Of a stretch of DNA of 61,367 nt, positions 58,928-61,367 are shown piece by piece. The notes beneath the pieces were generated by a model. The model made no database searches. It worked only from the letters and a program-made list of their open reading frames with translations, and had not been told where the DNA came from. The stretch comes from Candidatus Cloacimonadales bacterium (lineage in GTDB: Bacteria; Cloacimonadota; Cloacimonadia; Cloacimonadales; TCS61). Position numbers and translations under genes: made by a program. The stretch covers positions 1-61,367 of the forward strand of contig JAUSOT010000145.1 of assembly GCA_030656075.1 (NCBI GenBank), in the 5' to 3' direction. Each line of letters starts with the position of its first letter. Positions within the stretch are counted from its first letter, which is position 1.

Positions 58928-61096
58928 ATGAAAAAATTTATTTTAGTTCTTTTTCTGCTTTCTATATCAATTTATCTATTATCCGATCCACCTCCGCAGT
59001 ATGATCTGCGTGATGTGAACGGGGTGAATTATGTTTCCGGCGTCAGGAATCAAGGTCAATATGGAACCTGCTGGGCACATGGAGCCATGGCTTCCATGGA
59101 AGGAAACTTGTTGATGACCGGAGCCTGGGCAACAGCCGGTGAAACAGGTGAACCGGATCTTTCAGAAGCTCATCTGGATTGGTGGAACGGATTTAATCAA
59201 CATAATAACGACGACATAAATCCTCCCACCGGCAGTGGTCTGGAAGTTCACATGGGTGGAGATTATCGCGTAACGACAGCCTATCTGGCTCGCGGCGAGG
59301 GCGCTGTGAGAGAAATCGATGCGCCTTATTCCAATTTAGCAAATCCACCTGCCAGATGGATGCCTGATTATCATTATTATTACCCCAGAGATGTGGAATG
59401 GTTCAAACTTGAAGATGACCTTTCCAACATCGATGTCATCAAGCAGATCATCATCGATTACGGCGTTTTAGGAACCTGCATGTGCTATGATGGTTCGTTC
59501 ATCAACGGGCAATATAATCACTATCAGCCGCCAACCAGCCCGTTGGATCCCAATCATGCTGTGGCGATAGTGGGTTGGGATGATGCTCATGCAACCCAAG
59601 CTCCTTTGCCCGGTGCCTGGATCGTTAAAAACAGCTGGGGCAGTGGATGGGGTTACAGCGGATATTTCTGGATTTCGTACTACGATAAGCATTCCTGCCG
59701 CAATATTGAAATGGGAGCGATTTCCTTCCAAAACGTGGAACCGCTGGCTTACGACCATATTTATTACCACGATTATCATGGCTGGAGAGATACTCTCACA
59801 GTTGCCACGGAAGCTTTCAATGCTTTTGAATCTACCGGAACTCAGTTTATAGAATCTGTAAACTTTTTTACAGCCGTAGATAATGTAGATTACACCGTAA
59901 AAATCTATGATGATTTCGATGGGACAAACCTGAGCAACGAGCTTTCCACTGTGAGCGGCAGCTATGAACATGCCGGCTTGCATACGGTCGATCTTGATCC
60001 AATAGTAGTTGTAACCGATGGTGAAGATTTTTATGTTTATCTCTATCTTTCCACGGGCGGACATCCCTACGACAGGACTTCCGATGTTCCTGTTCTGCTG
60101 GGAGCAAATTACCGCACGATCGTGGAATCTTCCGCTAATCCCGGAGAAAGCTACTATAAAAGCGGTAATGACTGGTTGGATTTTTATGATTACAATGATC
60201 CGTCCGGTTTCCAGAATTCAGGCAATTTCTGCATCAAAGCGCTTTCGTTGGATGGAAGCGGTGGCATCATCGCTCCATCGAATCTGCAAGGTGAGATCAT
60301 CGATTTCAACAGCATTTATCTTACCTGGGATTGCGGTGAAAGAGATCTCTTGAGCTACAAAGTTTATCGCAATAACGAATTTATTGCCGAAGTGAGCAAC
60401 GTTCCCTTCCCCACCACAGCCTACCTGGATGAAGCTCTGGATGCCGGTTCCTACACTTATTATGTGGTGGCTGTTTATGATGCAGGCGAATCCGATCCGT
60501 CACCCAGCATAACTATTGAGTTGACACTTCCTGCTCCGCAGAACTTGGTTGCCAATCCGCAGAATCCCAACGTATCACTCATCTGGGATAACGTGGAAAG
60601 CAGCAGAGATTTTCTAGAATACGTTGTTTACAGAGATAACGTAGAAATTGGAACCACAGGATCACATTTTTATGTGGATCTGAATCTGCCGGCTGGAGTT
60701 TATGAATATTATGTAACTGCAAAATATTCCGGTGACTATCAATCCGAACCGTCTAATTCAGTTTCTGTGGAACTGACGGAAGCAGGCGGAATTTTACCCA
60801 ATGCAACTGAATTTACCGGAATTTATCCCAATCCATTCAATCCGACCACAACGCTTTCTTACAGTCTGAATGAATCGGGACATGTTCTGCTGGAAATATT
60901 CAATCTGAAAGGCCAGAAGATCACAACTCTGGTTGATAAAGTTCAGGATGCCGGTAATCACGCTGTTATTTGGAACGGAACGGATAAAAACGGCAACATT
61001 GCTGCCAGCGGCATCTATATTTCGCGCTTTTTGGTTGACGGCGTTGCACACTTCGGTAGATACACCAGCGTGAAAAAAGTAATTCTTTTGAAATAG
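58928..61096 (+). CDS. Secreted papain-like (C1) cysteine peptidase with lectin-like, FN3 and FlgD-Ig domains
   Basis: VRNQGQYGTCWA (Gln/Cys), NHAVAIVGWDD (His), KNSWG (Asn), two FN3 repeats, YPNPFNP tail. Confidence 0.9.
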   Translation: MKKFILVLFLLSISIYLLSDPPPQYDLRDVNGVNYVSGVRNQGQYGTCWAHGAMASMEGNLLMTGAWATAGETGEPDLSEAHLDWWNGFNQHNNDDINPPTGSGLEVHMGGDYRVTTAYLARGEGAVREIDAPYSNLANPPARWMPDYHYYYPRDVEWFKLEDDLSNIDVIKQIIIDYGVLGTCMCYDGSFINGQYNHYQPPTSPLDPNHAVAIVGWDDAHATQAPLPGAWIVKNSWGSGWGYSGYFWISYYDKHSCRNIEMGAISFQNVEPLAYDHIYYHDYHGWRDTLTVATEAFNAFESTGTQFIESVNFFTAVDNVDYTVKIYDDFDGTNLSNELSTVSGSYEHAGLHTVDLDPIVVVTDGEDFYVYLYLSTGGHPYDRTSDVPVLLGANYRTIVESSANPGESYYKSGNDWLDFYDYNDPSGFQNSGNFCIKALSLDGSGGIIAPSNLQGEIIDFNSIYLTWDCGERDLLSYKVYRNNEFIAEVSNVPFPTTAYLDEALDAGSYTYYVVAVYDAGESDPSPSITIELTLPAPQNLVANPQNPNVSLIWDNVESSRDFLEYVVYRDNVEIGTTGSHFYVDLNLPAGVYEYYVTAKYSGDYQSEPSNSVSVELTEAGGILPNATEFTGIYPNPFNPTTTLSYSLNESGHVLLEIFNLKGQKITTLVDKVQDAGNHAVIWNGTDKNGNIAASGIYISRFLVDGVAHFGRYTSVKKVILLK

Positions 61097-61130
61097 CGGA
61101 TCGCAAACATCTTGTTTGCGACGTAATCTC

Positions 61131-61168
61131 AAACCTTCCAGGTCTGCAAAAACCTGGAAGGTTTTTTT
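61131..61168 (+). terminator. Palindromic REP-like hairpin, probable terminator
   Basis: AAACCTTCCAGGT...ACCTGGAAGGTTT followed by a T-run, downstream of the peptidase. Confidence 0.6.
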
Positions 61169-61229
61169 AAACCTCATGGAATGTTATTTGCTTCTTAGAG
61201 GCAAGTAAATAAAGGAAAAGGAAGGATAG

Positions 61230-61367
61230 ATGAGACTGAATTTGATTTTAATATTGTTATTGATATCGATACTTCAACTGTCAGGTGAATGGATTGAAAT
61301 TAGTGAAAATCGAGGAGTAGAGCTATTTGAGCATACATCTTATGGCAGAGAATTGACGGAAGTGCAT
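61230..61367 (+). CDS. N-terminus of a secreted protein (truncated by the window)
   Basis: ATG 61230 after AAGGA; MRLNLILILLLISILQLSGEWIEISEN... open to the window end. Confidence 0.7.
   Translation, partial: MRLNLILILLLISILQLSGEWIEISENRGVELFEHTSYGRELTEVH

Overview
A 61 kb chromosomal window from an AT-rich anaerobic diderm bacterium. Four large secreted proteins ending in the 'PNPFNP..I.F.L...IYNLKGQKV' FlgD-Ig-type domain suggest Candidatus Cloacimonadota (inference). Housekeeping genes include purB, lgt, pssA, etfB, mfd, mazG, nnr, a YifB/ComM ATPase, gpsA, exbBD/tonB, mnmE, dxs, yihA, queD and tRNA-Val(GAC). The metabolic highlight is a complete glycyl-radical 4-hydroxyphenylacetate decarboxylase operon (hpdBCA). 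The intergenic DNA is crowded with palindromic repeat families. The most unusual structures are: (1) a REP-associated tyrosine transposase (RAYT) between two 193-bp direct repeats; (2) short inserts with one shared end, (A)TGAGTTCTGCATAATAGAGTG, unrelated hairpin cargo and 12-14 bp flanking direct repeats; (3) repeat hairpins inserted in frame in protein genes. Also noted are a Psd-like protein lacking the self-cleavage Ser, a degenerate GIY-YIG protein, a tandem deoxynucleoside kinase, a NUDIX gene interrupted by TAG, and two apparent ATA starts. All calls come from reading motifs by eye; no searches were run.
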